A stretch of 64,000 nucleotides of DNA from Terriglobia bacterium. Lineage in GTDB: Bacteria; Acidobacteriota; Terriglobia; 20CM-2-55-15. The position numbers and the translations under genes are program-made. Positions 61,881 through 64,000 of the stretch are shown one piece after another (positions within the stretch are counted from its first letter, which is position 1; the number at the start of each line of letters is the position of its first letter). The stretch covers positions 928,001 through 992,000 of the forward strand of contig CBDAOY010000007.1 in assembly GCA_965198225.1 (NCBI GenBank). Reading direction: 5' to 3'. The notes beneath the pieces were generated by a model. That model did not search any database, had not been told where the DNA came from, and saw only the letters and a list, made by a program, of their open reading frames with translations.

Positions 61881-63752
61881 TCAGACAAGTTTTCCGACGA
61901 GTTCGACGATACTCGCCGCGCTGATCCCGAACGCGTCGATGAGTTCGTCCGGCGTTCCGGACCTGGGAACTCCCCGAACCGCCAGCTTGTGGACTTCGGC
62001 CCTGGTACCGACCGCGTTGAGTACCGCGTCGCCAAGGCCTCCATCCCAGTAGTGATCCTCGACGACGACCAACCGGCCCCCTGTTTCCGCGGCTGCACGG
62101 ATCAGGCCCTCGGCATCGATGGGCTTGACCGAGTATGCGTCGATGACCCGGATGGAGCAGCCTCGCTCCTTCAGGATGTCGTGTGCCTTCAAGCCTTCGT
62201 GGAGCGTGATCCCGGCGCCGACCACCGTGATGTTGTCATCATCGGACTGTCTAAGAGTCTTCGAGCCGCCGATGTCAAAGACCTCGTCGGAGTCATAGAT
62301 GACCGGTGCTTTCGGGCGGGTCGTGCGCAGATAGGAAATACCATCTTGATCCGCCAGTCTTGAGACCAGGCGTTCAGTCGAAACCGCGTCGCTCGGATAC
62401 AGCACCACCGAGTCGGGAATGGCGCGAAACATCGCTATGTCTTCCAAGCCCATCTGGGACGGTCCGTCCTGTCCTATCGAGACGCCGCAGTGGGAACCGA
62501 CGAAGCGGATGTTCGCCCGGGAAATACGGGCCATCCGGATCTGGTCGAAACTTCTGGTCAGAAAAGCTGCGAACGTCGAAACAAACGGGATCTTGCCGCA
62601 GGCGGACATGCCTGCAGCCACACCGACCATGTTCTGTTCCGCGATGAACATCTCGAAGAACTGATCGGCGTGATCGGCGAGGAGTTTCTGGGAGAATGTC
62701 GAGTTCTTCGTGTCGCCGTCGAGCGCAACGACACGCGGATCCTTGTCGGCCAGCTTGACCAGGGCGTCACCGTAGGCCTCCCGCGTCGCGGCCTGATCTC
62801 CGCGGTTGCGGGTGACGTCGATGCGGTGTTCGACGTGGGCGGCTTCGATCGGAATGCTCGGTCGCGGAGACGGTTTGTAGCCGTCTGAGCCGAGCGGGGT
62901 CGACAACTCCCGGAGTGCCGAGCTGAGTTCGGTCTTCGGTACGGGCTTGCCGTGCCAGCCGTCCTTGTCTTCAAGAAGCGATACGCCTTTGCCCTTGAAT
63001 GTGCGGGCGACGATCGCGCGGGGCCGATCGCCTCCCTCGGCCCGACACTTCTCGAACGCGCCGGTGATCGCCTCGTAGTCGTGCCCGTCGATCGCGAGGG
63101 CGTACCATCCGAAAGCCCGGAATCGCTCTGCGTAACGGTCGACGTCGAAGCCGTACATCGTTCGCTGGCTCTGGCCCATGCCGTTGACATCGACGATGGC
63201 ATAGAGGTTCTTCGTCTCGTAGAAACTCGCCAGCGCGGCCGCTTCCCACACCGAGCCCTCGGCGCACTCACCGTCTCCCAGCAGCACGTAAGTATCGTAG
63301 GGCGCGTCGTCCATGCGCGCGGCCAGCGCGAGGCCCAGCCCGGCCGACAGCCCCTGGCCCAGAGATCCCGTTGCCACGTCGACCCACGGGATTCGCGGGG
63401 TCGGGTGGCCCTCGAGGTCGCTGTCAAACTTGCGAAGGCTCAGCGTCGCGTTCTCATCCACAATTCCGGCTTCGGCGTACGCCGCGTACAAGAGCGGTGC
63501 CGCGTGGCCTTTCGACAACACGAACCGGTCGTTCGAAGGGTTGTTCGGCTCCTGCGGGTCGTAATGCATCTGCCGGAAGAATATGACCGAGGCCAGGTCT
63601 GCGGCCGACAGGCATGATGAAGGGTGTCCAGAGCCGGCCTCGGTCGTGGCCTTGATGGAGAGGACGCGCATTCGGCGCGCCTTTTCTTTGAGGACTTCGA
63701 TGGGCGTGTCCATGATTTCGAACGCTGTTCCTTTTCGAACGGTTGACGACAT
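61881..63752 (-). CDS. tkt: Transketolase
   Basis: SGHPSS, DRFVLSKGHA, GSLGQG, GDGE..EG, IAEQNM, DGPSQM. Confidence 0.93.
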   Translation of the reverse strand: MSSTVRKGTAFEIMDTPIEVLKEKARRMRVLSIKATTEAGSGHPSSCLSAADLASVIFFRQMHYDPQEPNNPSNDRFVLSKGHAAPLLYAAYAEAGIVDENATLSLRKFDSDLEGHPTPRIPWVDVATGSLGQGLSAGLGLALAARMDDAPYDTYVLLGDGECAEGSVWEAAALASFYETKNLYAIVDVNGMGQSQRTMYGFDVDRYAERFRAFGWYALAIDGHDYEAITGAFEKCRAEGGDRPRAIVARTFKGKGVSLLEDKDGWHGKPVPKTELSSALRELSTPLGSDGYKPSPRPSIPIEAAHVEHRIDVTRNRGDQAATREAYGDALVKLADKDPRVVALDGDTKNSTFSQKLLADHADQFFEMFIAEQNMVGVAAGMSACGKIPFVSTFAAFLTRSFDQIRMARISRANIRFVGSHCGVSIGQDGPSQMGLEDIAMFRAIPDSVVLYPSDAVSTERLVSRLADQDGISYLRTTRPKAPVIYDSDEVFDIGGSKTLRQSDDDNITVVGAGITLHEGLKAHDILKERGCSIRVIDAYSVKPIDAEGLIRAAAETGGRLVVVEDHYWDGGLGDAVLNAVGTRAEVHKLAVRGVPRSGTPDELIDAFGISAASIVELVGKLV

Positions 63753-63969
63753 GCTAAAGCAGCCCGAGGCCAGGCATCTCCGAGGGAACGCCGGACCGAA
63801 ATTTGCCTGAGATGAAGTTGTGAATTATACGACACCTCTCGGGCCAGAAGCGGGGCCTAGAGGCAACGAAAACGGTTGGATGTTCGGCTTAGCCGTATCG
63901 CTGGTCCAATGTGATCCAGGTCTCTCCTGGCGGGCAGCCGATTCTTCTATAAAGACTGTAAAAAATGTA

Positions 63970-63998
63970 TTGACAACAAGATCACGAAAACAGATAAT
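63970..63998 (+). promoter_or_regulatory. sigma70 promoter pointing out of the window
   Basis: TTGACA-17-GATAAT. Confidence 0.6.
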
Positions 63999-64000
63999 TC

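Overview
High-GC bacterial chromosomal window, plausibly Acidobacteriota (inferred from gene content, not proven). The backbone carries housekeeping genes (gph-like HAD, argS, larC, metG, TatD, polyprenyl synthase, PBP1A, lepA, ROK kinase, PNP/NupC, a ccmE-F-H-x-x-A-B-C-D cytochrome c maturation cluster, DsbA/VKOR, queF, transketolase) and two accessory regions. Region 1 (~4.4-18.5 kb) is a decay hotspot: Ser/Thr-kinase paralogs and remnants, pseudogenes, an IS91-like remnant, and an IS110/IS1111-type element with a long structured 3' non-coding region inserted at the edge of an integrase + IS91-like element. Region 2 (36.55-43.0 kb) is bracketed by a perfect 20-bp inverted repeat. It encodes an AraC regulator, an IS21-interrupted Cys-rich secreted protein with a methylamine-dehydrogenase-light-chain-like CPPG-x6-SW-x3-C motif, a MauB-like beta-propeller and a small membrane protein. 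Other highlights are a PCYCGC protein with an in-frame UGA in a UxxC motif plus a SECIS-like hairpin (candidate selenoprotein), a candidate structured RNA with terminator upstream of queF, a GTAG-type REP/REPIN family including a 5-unit tandem array, a CTAG-flanked MITE, and many apparently leaderless genes. All family calls come from motif recognition by eye; no searches were run.
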